Shown: in pieces, positions 37,200 through 46,830 of the stretch
How the letters are laid out: the number at the start of each line of letters is the position of its first letter
How positions within the stretch are numbered: position 1 is the stretch's first letter
Assembly (NCBI GenBank): GCA_964415585.1
Contig: CAYQAY010000001.1
Coordinates: 70,008 to 134,007, forward strand
DNA from: an uncultured Reyranella sp.
GTDB lineage: Bacteria > Pseudomonadota > Alphaproteobacteria > Reyranellales > Reyranellaceae
Direction of reading: 5' to 3'
DNA length: 64,000 nt
Notes under the pieces: generated by a model
Told to the model about the DNA's origin: nothing
The model's input: only the letters and a program-made list of their open reading frames with translations
Databases searched by the model: none
Position numbers and translations under genes: made by a program

Positions 37200-37257
37200 T
37201 ATTCAACGATTGGCGGCGAGAACGCGGGGCGGTCGAAGCCGCCCCGCGGAGTCCGCT

Positions 37258-39390
37258 CTATTCGGCGGCGATGGGATGCGCCTCCGACTCGTCCGAGGCG
37301 GCATCCCGTCCTTCGCCGTCGGTGAGGAAGGCGGGAAGTTCCTCGACCGTGTCGGTCGACGTGGCCGACACGTCTACGCTGTCGACGAGCCGCAATGGTT
37401 CGGGCAACCAGCCCGTGCCGTCGAGCAGCCGCTCGGCCTCCTTCGCCATCTCGGCCTTCTTGAGGTGATCGATGAGCTGCGCCGCCTGCTCACCCTTGGC
37501 CTCCCGCACCGCTTCAAGGATGCGGGGCTTGGTGATGCGGCCGAGATAGTTGTCGACCGTGGGCCGCCAGCCGGTCTCGACCATGTCGAGACCGACAGCT
37601 CGGGCGAGCCGGTCGGCCTGGGCGATACGGTTCTGAACACCGTGCGCCGAGACGCCTGGCCCGCCGTAGCGGTCACCCTTCTCGTAGAGGGCATTCACGC
37701 CGAACGAGACGCAATGTGCGAGCAGCGCGGCACGGCGGGTGTCGTTGAGGGTCGTGAGCCACTCCCAAAGCGCGTCGTCGTCCTTGGGCAGCTCGGCCTT
37801 CCAGGCCTCGTGCCGCTCGGCGACCGCGCTGGCGGAGGGGCTGTCCTTCAGCTCGGGCGCCTGGACCGGGAAGAACACATGCCGCACCGAGGCTTCCAGG
37901 CATGCGCCGGGAGCGCTGTGCTGGAAGGTGTCGAGGCAAAGCTTGTGCAGCAGGGCCGTCAGGGCGACCTGCGGGTTGTTCGCTACCGCGTCGCGTAGCG
38001 CCAGGGTACGGTGGGCCGTCAGTTCACCCACGAGCCTCTCGGGCAGTGGCCTGATGGCGGCGTCGCTGCCGTCGTCGTCATCATCGCGCTCGCCCCCGCC
38101 AATGGAGATGACGGTGCGTTGCACATCGGAAGCGGCAGGTATTGTCCCGCCGGCCTCATGGGTCTCCCCTTCCACCGGCCTTTCGTCGCCGACTGGCACT
38201 GACGGCTCGTCCTCCGGCCGGACATAGCCGCGGGCGACAGCAAGGTGTCCGTCGGCGTCGATGCTGACGAACATTCCGGCGCGCGCGATCTCGGCCGGCT
38301 CATACCGCACCGGCCTGCTCTCGAAGGCCCCAAGCGCCTCCTCGATCTCGCCGAGCCGCGTATCAACCTCGTCCGGCAGTTCTTCGGCGCCTTCGTATTC
38401 GCCTTCGAGCTTGGTGTATTCGGCGGTCAGCGCATCGAAGGTCGTCTGCTCCTCCGGCGTGAGCTCGAGCGTCACGCCGTCGAGTTGCCGAAGATGGCTC
38501 GTGTGGCCGTAGCGGAAATCGACAGCCACCTCGATCCACTTCCAGCCTTCCGCGGCGAGTTTTTGCGCCTCCGCTGCCAGCTTCTCGGTGGCCAGGCGGT
38601 CGAGCAAAGCAACGTCCTGGAGCCAGCCGCCGTTGTCGTCCTCGAACAGATCGCGCAAGACCACACCGCCGGCTGACTCGTAAGTATCGAGCCCAACGAA
38701 CCGCGCGCGCCGGTCGGAGGCCCTGACGGCGCTTTCGGTGAGCTGACGCCGGATCAGGTACGGCTCCTTGTTGTAGGATTGCTGAAGCGCCTCCCAGACC
38801 TGCTCCTGCCGTGCGTGGTCGGCGGTGACGGTGAAGGCCATGAGCTGCTCCAGGGTCATGCCGTCCTCGGTGTAGACGTCGAGGAGCTTCTCGGACACCG
38901 CTGCCAGGCGCAGCCTCTGCTTCACCACGGCGGGCGCGACGAAGAAGCGTGCGGCGATTTCCTCATCGCCGGCGCCCTGGTCGCACAGCGTCTTGAAGGC
39001 GCGGAACTGATCCAGCGGATGCAGGGCGACGCGCTGGACATTCTCGGCCAGCGAATCCTCTTCCGCCGACACCTCGACGCCAGGATCGCGCACGATGCAG
39101 GGGATGAGCGCCGTCTTCGACAGGCGCTTCTGCCTGACCAGGCGTTCGAGGGCCCGGTAGCGGCGGCCGCCGGCCGGGATCTCGAACTGGCCGGTCTCGG
39201 CACCATTTGCATCGACGACCGGCCGGACGTTGAGGCTCTGCAGGAGCCCGCGCCGGGCAATATCCTCGGCCAGGTCCTCGACCGAGACGCCCGCCTTCAG
39301 ACGCCGGACGTTGGCCTGGCTGAGCGCCAGCTTGTTGAAGGGGATGTCGCGCGAGGCGCTGAGGGTGATCTTCTGAACGGTCTTTACCAT
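37258..39390 (-). CDS. ParB N-terminal (ParB/sulfiredoxin nuclease-like) domain protein, large ICE type
   Basis: Start taken at MVKTVQKITLSASRDIPFNKL. ParB box IPAGGRRYRALERL. Long acidic C-terminal region. Confidence 0.85.
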   Translation of the reverse strand: MVKTVQKITLSASRDIPFNKLALSQANVRRLKAGVSVEDLAEDIARRGLLQSLNVRPVVDANGAETGQFEIPAGGRRYRALERLVRQKRLSKTALIPCIVRDPGVEVSAEEDSLAENVQRVALHPLDQFRAFKTLCDQGAGDEEIAARFFVAPAVVKQRLRLAAVSEKLLDVYTEDGMTLEQLMAFTVTADHARQEQVWEALQQSYNKEPYLIRRQLTESAVRASDRRARFVGLDTYESAGGVVLRDLFEDDNGGWLQDVALLDRLATEKLAAEAQKLAAEGWKWIEVAVDFRYGHTSHLRQLDGVTLELTPEEQTTFDALTAEYTKLEGEYEGAEELPDEVDTRLGEIEEALGAFESRPVRYEPAEIARAGMFVSIDADGHLAVARGYVRPEDEPSVPVGDERPVEGETHEAGGTIPAASDVQRTVISIGGGERDDDDDGSDAAIRPLPERLVGELTAHRTLALRDAVANNPQVALTALLHKLCLDTFQHSAPGACLEASVRHVFFPVQAPELKDSPSASAVAERHEAWKAELPKDDDALWEWLTTLNDTRRAALLAHCVSFGVNALYEKGDRYGGPGVSAHGVQNRIAQADRLARAVGLDMVETGWRPTVDNYLGRITKPRILEAVREAKGEQAAQLIDHLKKAEMAKEAERLLDGTGWLPEPLRLVDSVDVSATSTDTVEELPAFLTDGEGRDAASDESEAHPIAAE

Positions 39391-39808
39391 GTGGTTACTC
39401 CGCGACGGACGGTCGGGAGACTCTCTCTCGACCTCCAATCCGTCACGAAACCGGCGCAGCCCTCTCGCTCTCGGCGCCCGGCGGAGTGCAAAGTGGAAGG
39501 GGCGCCGGTCCGCCTTCTTCTTGCGCAAGGGACGTCACCAAAGGCGCAACCCTCTGTAACCGAAGGACCGCCTCGGGAGGCCACAGCGTCTGTAGGCGGC
39601 CGACTGGCCATTGCAGGAAGTACCTGCGATCAAAGTTCGCCCAGTGATCCTTGCTCGAATGGACTGGATCGGGACAACGACGATGGACAACAGGCTGCTC
39701 AGTTTTGAGTTACCCAACTTTGCCTTCTAGCCTGATAATCGGTCCCGTACAGAATTTGGAACGCGTCTGTGCGAAGGTCCTTATGCGTCGATGATCGCGA
39801 ATGTACAG

Positions 39809-42484
39809 TCAGCTTATTTTTCTTATCTCAAGGGGGGCAGCCCCGAGGCGAGCAAAGAGTTTCTTCCGGCAGGTGAGAACGATGATCTGGACCTTCTCGC
39901 CTGCCCGCATCAGGACGTCGAACATGCTTTCGATTCGGTCGTCATCGGAAAACGCCAAGGCATCGTCGAGGATCACAGCTGCCGGGCGGTTCTGACCGAG
40001 CAAAAGTTCTGCGAAGGCGATGCGGGAAAGGACAGCGAGCTGTTCCTGCGTGCCGCCGCTTAAGACGCCGTAGTCTTCAGTTTGCCCTTCGCGCTTCAGG
40101 CCGGCGACGCCCAGATTCTCGTCGAAGACGATGTCGCTGTCTGGCAGAATCATCTTGAGATAGGGCTGCACACGCTGCACGACAGGCGCCAAGTAGCGGT
40201 TCTTGGCCTCACGTTCGGCGTCCTCGAGGGTTTCAAGCAGCAGCTGAAGCACGGCAGCTTCCTGCTCGTAGCCAGTGACGGCTTCCCGCATCCGATCACG
40301 CTCTGCCTGCTTGGTCAGAAGCAGCTCTTCGACGCCAAGGCCTTCCTGGGCCTGAATGAGCGCTGTCAGCCGCGTGACTTCGTTGGTCAGCGTCGCCACC
40401 GCACGCTGGTGATTGGCGGCGGCGGCTTCTAGGCGTTTGATGCGCGCGTCGATCGCTTCGACGCTCTCGCCTTGCGACTTATCTTTTTCGGTGTGATCGC
40501 GTTCCTTTTCATCGGCGTCGCGCTCCAGCTTCGCTGCGTCCTCGGCCAGCGTGTCATCACTGAGGTTCGCGCGTGCGGCAGCGAGATCAGAGTTGCGGGT
40601 ACCAATCGTCGCCATCAACGCGGTCGAACGATCCTCGTGCTTGCGCAGAAGCTTCTCGGCGTCTGCAAGTGCCGTTTTCGGCCCTGAAAGCGCGGCCTCC
40701 TGCGTTGCGATCTCTGAGGTCAGTCGATCGTCCTCCGCGCGCACTGTCGCGACTTCTGCGGCGAGGGCATCGTCTTGCGGAAGAATCTCAAGCGCGAGCG
40801 CCTCGAGTTCGGACTTCAGTCCGCCGCGTAACGCGCTAACGTAGGTTTTGAGTGCCTCCAGTCCCGGCGCGAGTTTCTTCTGCCTGTTACCTGGGGCCAC
40901 ATTGGACAATTCCTTTCGGATCTGAGCCAGAGCGCGCTCATGCTCCCTGCGCCGCGCGGCGGCTGTGCGCGCAGCAGCAAGATCGGAGACGCCGGCCGCG
41001 CTCAAGGCCGTAGCGAGCGAGTCCTCAGCATCCTGACGCCGCTTGAGCAGCGCCGAGAGATTCTTGATCTGCGGCTCCACCACGATCGATCCAATCCCCT
41101 CGATCGCGATGGCCGTCGGTTCGAGGATTGCGAGCGCGTTTTCCTCGCAGCCAAGTGGACGCTGGTCAATTTGAATGCGTCGGCGCGAATCATCGAGAAC
41201 CTCGAACGAGACCGTAGTCGAGACAGCATTTGCCGCAGCCTCGGCGGCAGACATCTCAGTGATAGCGTCCTCGATGCGCCCGACCTTTTCGTCGGTGGCG
41301 GCGATCGCGGCAATCGCCTCGGTCAGCCGAATCACCTCGGATTCGAGTGCGCCGGCCTGATCGAGCACGGCTTGGTGCTGACGGACTTCTGCATCCAGTG
41401 CGACTGCACCGCGGACACGCTCGAGCCTCCGTCCCTGTGCGGCGCTGGTACGCGCCTCGGTCCGTAACGCCGCGAGTGTGCGTTCCGCCGCATCGAGTGT
41501 CGCTTTCGCTTCGTCTTTGGCGGTACGAGCGGCGGCGACGTCCTGCCCCAAGGCCTCGCGCTCCACCTCCAGCGCGGTAAGATCGGCTATGGTTTTGTTG
41601 CGATCATCGAGCGTCTTGCGTGTCGTGTCGGCGCGTTCGCGTGCAAGCTTGGCGGCGTCGCGGGCGCGCGCGATCTCAGCCGCAATGGTTGCCGCCACGA
41701 CGCGCTTTTCGCGCTCGCGCTCGAGTTCGGCGCGATGCGCAACATCGTCCCAGCTCGTTTGCGCGTCCTTCAGCTCGCGGCGGTTCGAAGCGAGCGAGAT
41801 CAACAATTCCGAGACGCTTTTCGCCTTGGTCTCCAGCTCCGCGATTTCGGCGTCGAGGAGAGCGAGCCGGTCCGCGGCATCCTTGAACTTGCCACGCGGT
41901 CCTCTTTGACTCTGAATCGCGTCGAGTGCCTCTCGCACGGCTTTGGGAATCTTCTGTCCACGCGCGCCGCCGGTCACCATGCCAACTTGCGCTTCAAGAC
42001 ATCCTTGGATCGTGCGCTGCGCGTGCTCGTTCGGCCTCACGTCGCCGAAGGATTGTCCCTGTTGCACCCAAAGCGTGCCCCAAATGCCGGGCTCGCCGCC
42101 GCTTCGCCCGCCGGTGAATCCGAGCAGCCGTTGGAGTTCAGCTTCAGCGGCATCGTCTTCAAAGACCATACCGGTCGAGCATGTCAGAATGGCCTTGCCG
42201 CCCTGCCCTGCGAAGCGCTTGTGGATGACCCAGCTCTTGTCATCGACGTCGAAGGCGAGCTTCACTTCCGGCACGGTGCCGTTCACGAAATGCCGAAACG
42301 CTTTCACATGGCTCGCAGTCGAGCGGGCCTTCTCGAAGATCACGCCATTGATGGCTTGCAGAAGCGTGGACTTGCCGAGCTCGTTGCGGCCGACCAGCAC
42401 GTTGACGTTGTCGCCGATGGCGTCGACGCAGACCGTCCCCACAAATTTGCGGAAGTTGGTGAGTTCGACGGAGCGGATCTTCAC
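39809..42484 (-). CDS. SbcC/Rad50-like SMC-type AAA ATPase
   Basis: N-terminal Walker A VLVGRNELGKSTLLQAI. About 600 aa of Ala/Glu/Arg/Leu-rich coiled coil. C-terminal signature LSGGTQEQL and Walker B AVILDDALAFSD. Confidence 0.85.
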   Translation of the reverse strand: MKIRSVELTNFRKFVGTVCVDAIGDNVNVLVGRNELGKSTLLQAINGVIFEKARSTASHVKAFRHFVNGTVPEVKLAFDVDDKSWVIHKRFAGQGGKAILTCSTGMVFEDDAAEAELQRLLGFTGGRSGGEPGIWGTLWVQQGQSFGDVRPNEHAQRTIQGCLEAQVGMVTGGARGQKIPKAVREALDAIQSQRGPRGKFKDAADRLALLDAEIAELETKAKSVSELLISLASNRRELKDAQTSWDDVAHRAELEREREKRVVAATIAAEIARARDAAKLARERADTTRKTLDDRNKTIADLTALEVEREALGQDVAAARTAKDEAKATLDAAERTLAALRTEARTSAAQGRRLERVRGAVALDAEVRQHQAVLDQAGALESEVIRLTEAIAAIAATDEKVGRIEDAITEMSAAEAAANAVSTTVSFEVLDDSRRRIQIDQRPLGCEENALAILEPTAIAIEGIGSIVVEPQIKNLSALLKRRQDAEDSLATALSAAGVSDLAAARTAAARRREHERALAQIRKELSNVAPGNRQKKLAPGLEALKTYVSALRGGLKSELEALALEILPQDDALAAEVATVRAEDDRLTSEIATQEAALSGPKTALADAEKLLRKHEDRSTALMATIGTRNSDLAAARANLSDDTLAEDAAKLERDADEKERDHTEKDKSQGESVEAIDARIKRLEAAAANHQRAVATLTNEVTRLTALIQAQEGLGVEELLLTKQAERDRMREAVTGYEQEAAVLQLLLETLEDAEREAKNRYLAPVVQRVQPYLKMILPDSDIVFDENLGVAGLKREGQTEDYGVLSGGTQEQLAVLSRIAFAELLLGQNRPAAVILDDALAFSDDDRIESMFDVLMRAGEKVQIIVLTCRKKLFARLGAAPLEIRKIS

Positions 42485-43647
42485 GATTGGCCTCCCTGGC
42501 GCAAGTGCTCGACATAGAGCCGCTTGAGCGCGAGGCCCGCGATCTGCGCCTGCCGCGGATTCGAAGAGTCTTCGGCCATCGCCTTCAGTCGGTCGGCTGC
42601 GACGCGGACATATCCGGACCGGTCGATGTCATCGAGATCCTGCTCCGTCGGATGCAGCAAGAGGCCGCTTTCGTCGAATCGCAGCGCCCGCAGTGCCGCG
42701 CTCATGTTCTGAAGGACTTTTTCTTCGAAGGTCTTGCGGCCCTCAAGAGAGAGCGTGCCACGGGCCCGAAGATCGAGAACGATCTTGCCAAGGTCGCTGT
42801 CCAACGCGCGAATCTCTCGCTCGAGGGAGACGACTTGCACATCGTCTGTCAGGACTTTGTCGAGCTGGTGCCACTGGTAGCGGCCCGTGGCGACAGGCTG
42901 CACGGTCGGCACCATACGCGCGCTCGTGATTTCCACCAGGAGTGCGGCGCCACCATTGCAAAGCGAATTCCTGGCGTTCGGCGGGAGCTTGAAGCGGTCG
43001 GGCTCCGGGGTGCCCGAATACCAGAAACGATCGCTCACCTTCATCTGCCGGTGCCAGTCGCCCATGGCGAGATAGGAGAGACCGGCCGTCTCGCAGCGCG
43101 CGGGATTGACATAATTGTTGGCGTCGCCTTCGGAGCCAAAGCCCTGGATCGATCCATGCGCGAGTCCAATACGGATGGCGCCCTCGGGTGTAGTCGCGTC
43201 GGTCATGTAGGCGGTGAGATCGTCGGTATTCGATCGGTGCAGCAGGGGTGCTGGAAGCAAATAAACGGGCGCGCCGTCATCGTCGGCGATGGAAACAGCG
43301 CCAGGCTTGACGTGAAGATGCACATTTCGTGGCGGTTGGGTGCGGGCGATGCGATCCCACAAACCGTCTTCGCGATAGTGATCGTGATTGCCCGGCATGA
43401 GATGCCATTGCAGCCGGTCGAAAGCGCGCATGGTCTCTACAGCGCGCTGGAGCGTCGCCTGGGACATCTGCTCGCGCTCGAACACATCGCCTGCAACAAG
43501 CACGGCGGAGGCGCCCGCCGCCATGGCAGCGTCGCCCAATGCGCGAAGGGCGGTCTGACGTGCCTCCTGCAACATCGTGGCCGCCTCAGCCGAAAAGGTC
43601 CCGAACGCTTTGCCGATCTGCAGATCCGATGAATGGATGAACTTCAT
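42481..43647 (-). CDS. SbcD/Mre11-like calcineurin-family metallophosphoesterase
   Basis: Motifs FIHSSDLQIG (motif I with Q where H is usual), AGDVFE, PGNHD, GLAHGS and GDWH. 4-nt overlap with the ATPase gene. Start taken at MKFIHSSD. Confidence 0.8.
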   Translation of the reverse strand: MKFIHSSDLQIGKAFGTFSAEAATMLQEARQTALRALGDAAMAAGASAVLVAGDVFEREQMSQATLQRAVETMRAFDRLQWHLMPGNHDHYREDGLWDRIARTQPPRNVHLHVKPGAVSIADDDGAPVYLLPAPLLHRSNTDDLTAYMTDATTPEGAIRIGLAHGSIQGFGSEGDANNYVNPARCETAGLSYLAMGDWHRQMKVSDRFWYSGTPEPDRFKLPPNARNSLCNGGAALLVEITSARMVPTVQPVATGRYQWHQLDKVLTDDVQVVSLEREIRALDSDLGKIVLDLRARGTLSLEGRKTFEEKVLQNMSAALRALRFDESGLLLHPTEQDLDDIDRSGYVRVAADRLKAMAEDSSNPRQAQIAGLALKRLYVEHLRQGGQS

Positions 43648-43680
43648 GGCATCTTCCCCCCTCTTTCCCATACGAGCCGG

Positions 43681-46600
43681 TCAGCTCGCTCGCGCCACAC
43701 GCAAAAGGGCCCCAACAACCGGCATATGCACAAAAAGCTCGGTGCAAGCGCGGCCGGACGCCACCCTGACCGCCTCGCTATAGAGCGCGACCTGCGGTGC
43801 ATACTGGAGTGCCTTGGCTTCCCACTGCGCGAAACGACCTGGAAAGCTTTTGTGATCGACGATGGCCCCGGCCTGCCCCGCCTCCACGAGGAGATCGATC
43901 CGCCCCTGCACCAGCTGCTGGCCAATGCGGGCGGTCACCGGCACCTCGCGCCTGAGCACGGCCCCGGGCCAGCGGGCGGCAAGCGCCGCGTGCAGACGAT
44001 CAGAGGCGGTCAGAGCGTTCGGCGCGCTAAAGCCGGTCACGCGCCAGCGGTCGAGGGTCGCTTGGGCGTCGGCAAGCCTCGTGTCCATGGCGCGCGCGGG
44101 GTCGTCGTAGGCCAGGATGGCATGCAAGGCTTCCCCGAGCACAGTGATATCCGCAACACCGTCGATCGGGAGTCGCCCGCCCAGGACGATTCGCTCCGCG
44201 ACGACCCAGCCGTCTCCGGCCGCCGCGCTGGGACGTAGGTATAGGGGGGAAGGCATCGCGGGTGCCGCCCTGGGTGCTCGGACGAAGGTCGAGCTGGGAT
44301 GGCGCTCCGCCGGCGTGTCGTCGGGTGAGAGCAGTCGCACCTCCGCAGGGAAGGTCGTCGCGCCAACGGCTATCAGGTTGTCGTCCCGCACCGGCGGGCG
44401 CACGTGCGCGTCGCCGTCGGGTGCATCGAGCACCTTGAGCCAGTTGAGCGTCCCCTTGGCAGGCGGCGTGAAGACCAGATAGTCCCGCGCCCGTGTGACA
44501 CCCACGTAGAGGAGCCGAGTGTCCTCCTGCACCGCCCGACGCCGAGCCGCCTGCCCAAGGTCGGAGGCGACTGCGGCGACGTCCAGGGCGCTACCGGATC
44601 CGGACACACCGTAGGGCCAAGGCCAATAGCGGATCCACCGGCCCTCCAAAGGCCGGGCCCAATCGAGGGCGGCGTCGGCTTCCGCAACCGGCTCGTAAAG
44701 TCGCGCCCGAGGCTCCCAGCTGAGGCCAGTCAGGACCGTCATCGGCCACTCCAAGCCCTTGGCTCCATGGTAGGTCATCACCTGGACGGCGTCGGCAGCA
44801 AGGCTCGGAGGCCGCTTAGGGTCGGCGTCTTGCAAAGCAAGCAACAGCCCCTGAAGCGTGGCGGGCGCGCCCGATGCGGTGCACTCGGCCTCATAGGCGC
44901 CTGCGAACCCCCTAAGCGCCTCCAGATCATCCACGCGGATCGGATGATCGCCCCAAGCCTCGATCCGGCCAATCACCTCAGGCAGGGTAAGCACGGCGTC
45001 AACCAGTTCGGCCGGAGTGAGATTGAGGAGCTGGCCGCGCAGGCGCTCCAGCGCCTCCGTCACCGGAACGAGGGCACGCAGGGCCGCTACGGGCTCCTCG
45101 TCCGCCGCCGCGACAAGCCAGGCGTCGGAGTCGGGATCGTCGGCAAAGAAGCGCGCCAGTTCGGCGAGCGCCAGCCGGTCGCCGGAGTCGGCGACCCACC
45201 GGCAGGCGGCCAGCACCAGCTCCACATGGGGCGTTCGCGTCAGACCCGAACGCTCCACGGCCACTGGGAGGCCCGCACGGCTAAGGGCGGTGGCAAACCG
45301 CGCCACGTCCGTGTTGCTGCGACAGAGGACGGCAATATCGCCGGCGGCGAGCGGCCTGTGCTCGCCCCCCTTGCCTTCCACTACCCAATCGGCGCCTTCC
45401 TCGAGGGTCGTACGCAGGCCAACGGCCAGCGCCTCAGCTTGTTCGGATGCCTTCCCCGCGAGCGGCCACCACGCCAGCGGATGACGATCGAAGCCCGCAT
45501 CGGAACGGGCGGCGCCCGAGAAGGCGTGCTGCGCCGCCGGCAGGCCCATCCGCTCGAACGCGGGCTCGAACATGGCATTGGCGAGCTCGACGATCCCCGG
45601 CCGACTACGCCAGGAGGTGGAAAGCACGTCGTCGGGATTTTCACCCGCGCCAGCGCCTGCGAACGCCGCCTGGGTTAGCTGCGTGTCCGCGCCCCGGAAA
45701 CCGTAGATCGCCTGCTTCGGGTCCCCGACCCAGGTGCTCGCGTCGACGATGTCACTCAACGCCTTGAACACGGCGACCTGCAGTGGGCTCGAATCCTGGA
45801 ACTCATCGACAAAGACGCGCCCGACCCGCTCGCGCACGCGCGCCGCAAGGTCGGGATTCACCAGCACCTGCAGCGCGAGTGCCTCCTGGTCAGTGAAGTC
45901 CACGAGGCCACGTTCGGCCTTCCAAGACTGGTAGGCTTCCAGGGCGTCGGCCGCGCAAGCGAATATGGTGCGGATGAAAAGCTCCGTGTCCTCCCGCAGA
46001 CGAGGGTGGCTGGCGTGCCGCCCGGCAGCCGCGATGACGTCCGACAGGGCAGACTGATAGGCCCGCCCGTCCTTGGTGGGGGCGCAGCCGACTTTTGTCA
46101 GTCTCGCCCACAGCGACCAAGGCATGGGTTCACCGCGGCTTGCGCGCTGGTGGGCCGCCCGAAGAGTAGTCAGGTCCTTCATGGCGGTGGCGCTGGGCGT
46201 GGCGGGGCGCACCGCGACCGCCGCCGCCAGGGCGTCGGCAAGCGCTTGGTCCAGCTCGGCCGCGGTTCCCGCTGACGCCGGCAGCAACGCAACATAACTC
46301 GCCGTCGAGCGCTCCGCCGACTGGGCGAGGTCCGCGGGCGTTAGGCCGTTGGCCCGGGCCAGGGTAAGGATGGAACGCACCGTCCGCCGCCAATCCGGAG
46401 CATCGGTGATAGGCGGCCGTGGATCGTTGTAGCCGAAGAGGTCGGCGAGCCTGTTTAGCACCGGCGCGTGGCCGCCGATGGCGGCGTCGGCCGAGATGGA
46501 GAAGGCCAGGGATTCGTTGGCCTCGCCGATCACTGCCGTCGAAGGGGAGCGGCCGAGATCGACCGCGAACTCGGCCACGATCTGGCCGCACACCGCATTG

Positions 46601-46830
46601 ACGGTCCCGAAGCGTGCGCCGAGCAGCCGGGCCGCAGCCTCCACTTTGCCTTGGCGGAACAGCTCTGCGCGGGCGCGCTCAACGAGCTCGTCGGCCGCCT
46701 TGATGGTGAAGGTGGTCGCCAGCGTCTCCTCCGGCGGCCGGGCGGCCACCTCGGCGGCGATGTCGCGGACGATGCGCGTAGTCTTGCCGGCGCCCGCCGA
46801 GGCGGTGATGGCCTGGAGCTTGGCAGGCAT
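43681..46830 (-). CDS. AddA/RecB-like UvrD-family helicase with C-terminal PD-(D/E)XK nuclease
   Basis: Start at MPAKLQAITASAGAGKTTRI (Walker A). UvrD motifs throughout. C-terminal GRIDLLVEAGQAGAIVDHKS is a RecB-type nuclease motif. 1-nt TGATG overlap with the upstream gene. The 130-aa Arg-rich ORF-track extension is rejected. Confidence 0.85.
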   Translation of the reverse strand: MPAKLQAITASAGAGKTTRIVRDIAAEVAARPPEETLATTFTIKAADELVERARAELFRQGKVEAAARLLGARFGTVNAVCGQIVAEFAVDLGRSPSTAVIGEANESLAFSISADAAIGGHAPVLNRLADLFGYNDPRPPITDAPDWRRTVRSILTLARANGLTPADLAQSAERSTASYVALLPASAGTAAELDQALADALAAAVAVRPATPSATAMKDLTTLRAAHQRASRGEPMPWSLWARLTKVGCAPTKDGRAYQSALSDVIAAAGRHASHPRLREDTELFIRTIFACAADALEAYQSWKAERGLVDFTDQEALALQVLVNPDLAARVRERVGRVFVDEFQDSSPLQVAVFKALSDIVDASTWVGDPKQAIYGFRGADTQLTQAAFAGAGAGENPDDVLSTSWRSRPGIVELANAMFEPAFERMGLPAAQHAFSGAARSDAGFDRHPLAWWPLAGKASEQAEALAVGLRTTLEEGADWVVEGKGGEHRPLAAGDIAVLCRSNTDVARFATALSRAGLPVAVERSGLTRTPHVELVLAACRWVADSGDRLALAELARFFADDPDSDAWLVAAADEEPVAALRALVPVTEALERLRGQLLNLTPAELVDAVLTLPEVIGRIEAWGDHPIRVDDLEALRGFAGAYEAECTASGAPATLQGLLLALQDADPKRPPSLAADAVQVMTYHGAKGLEWPMTVLTGLSWEPRARLYEPVAEADAALDWARPLEGRWIRYWPWPYGVSGSGSALDVAAVASDLGQAARRRAVQEDTRLLYVGVTRARDYLVFTPPAKGTLNWLKVLDAPDGDAHVRPPVRDDNLIAVGATTFPAEVRLLSPDDTPAERHPSSTFVRAPRAAPAMPSPLYLRPSAAAGDGWVVAERIVLGGRLPIDGVADITVLGEALHAILAYDDPARAMDTRLADAQATLDRWRVTGFSAPNALTASDRLHAALAARWPGAVLRREVPVTARIGQQLVQGRIDLLVEAGQAGAIVDHKSFPGRFAQWEAKALQYAPQVALYSEAVRVASGRACTELFVHMPVVGALLRVARAS

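Larger units (their letters stand above)
7783..39390 (-). mobile_element. Conjugative-element (ICE or integrated plasmid) backbone, Tn4371/ICEMlSym-like: mating-pair formation, DNA processing, maintenance and leading-region genes
   Basis: Contiguous minus-strand modules run trbB-I, traG, relaxase, SLT, TraF, DUF2840, RepA, FseA-like, DUF736, RadC, DUF2493, toprim, MTase-helicase and ParB-like. No integrase or att site is visible, so the true ends are undefined. The LuxR/LuxI pair at 5328-6783 probably belongs to it. Confidence 0.8.

Noticed and set aside
39809..43671. Calling the SMC-like ATPase + phosphoesterase pair a Lamassu, Wadjet or PARIS-type system.
   Set aside because: The partner is an Mre11/SbcD-type metallophosphoesterase, not a LmuA-type effector, JetABD set or toprim AriB. 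There is no LmuC/kleisin-like gene. SbcCD-like is the better-supported call.
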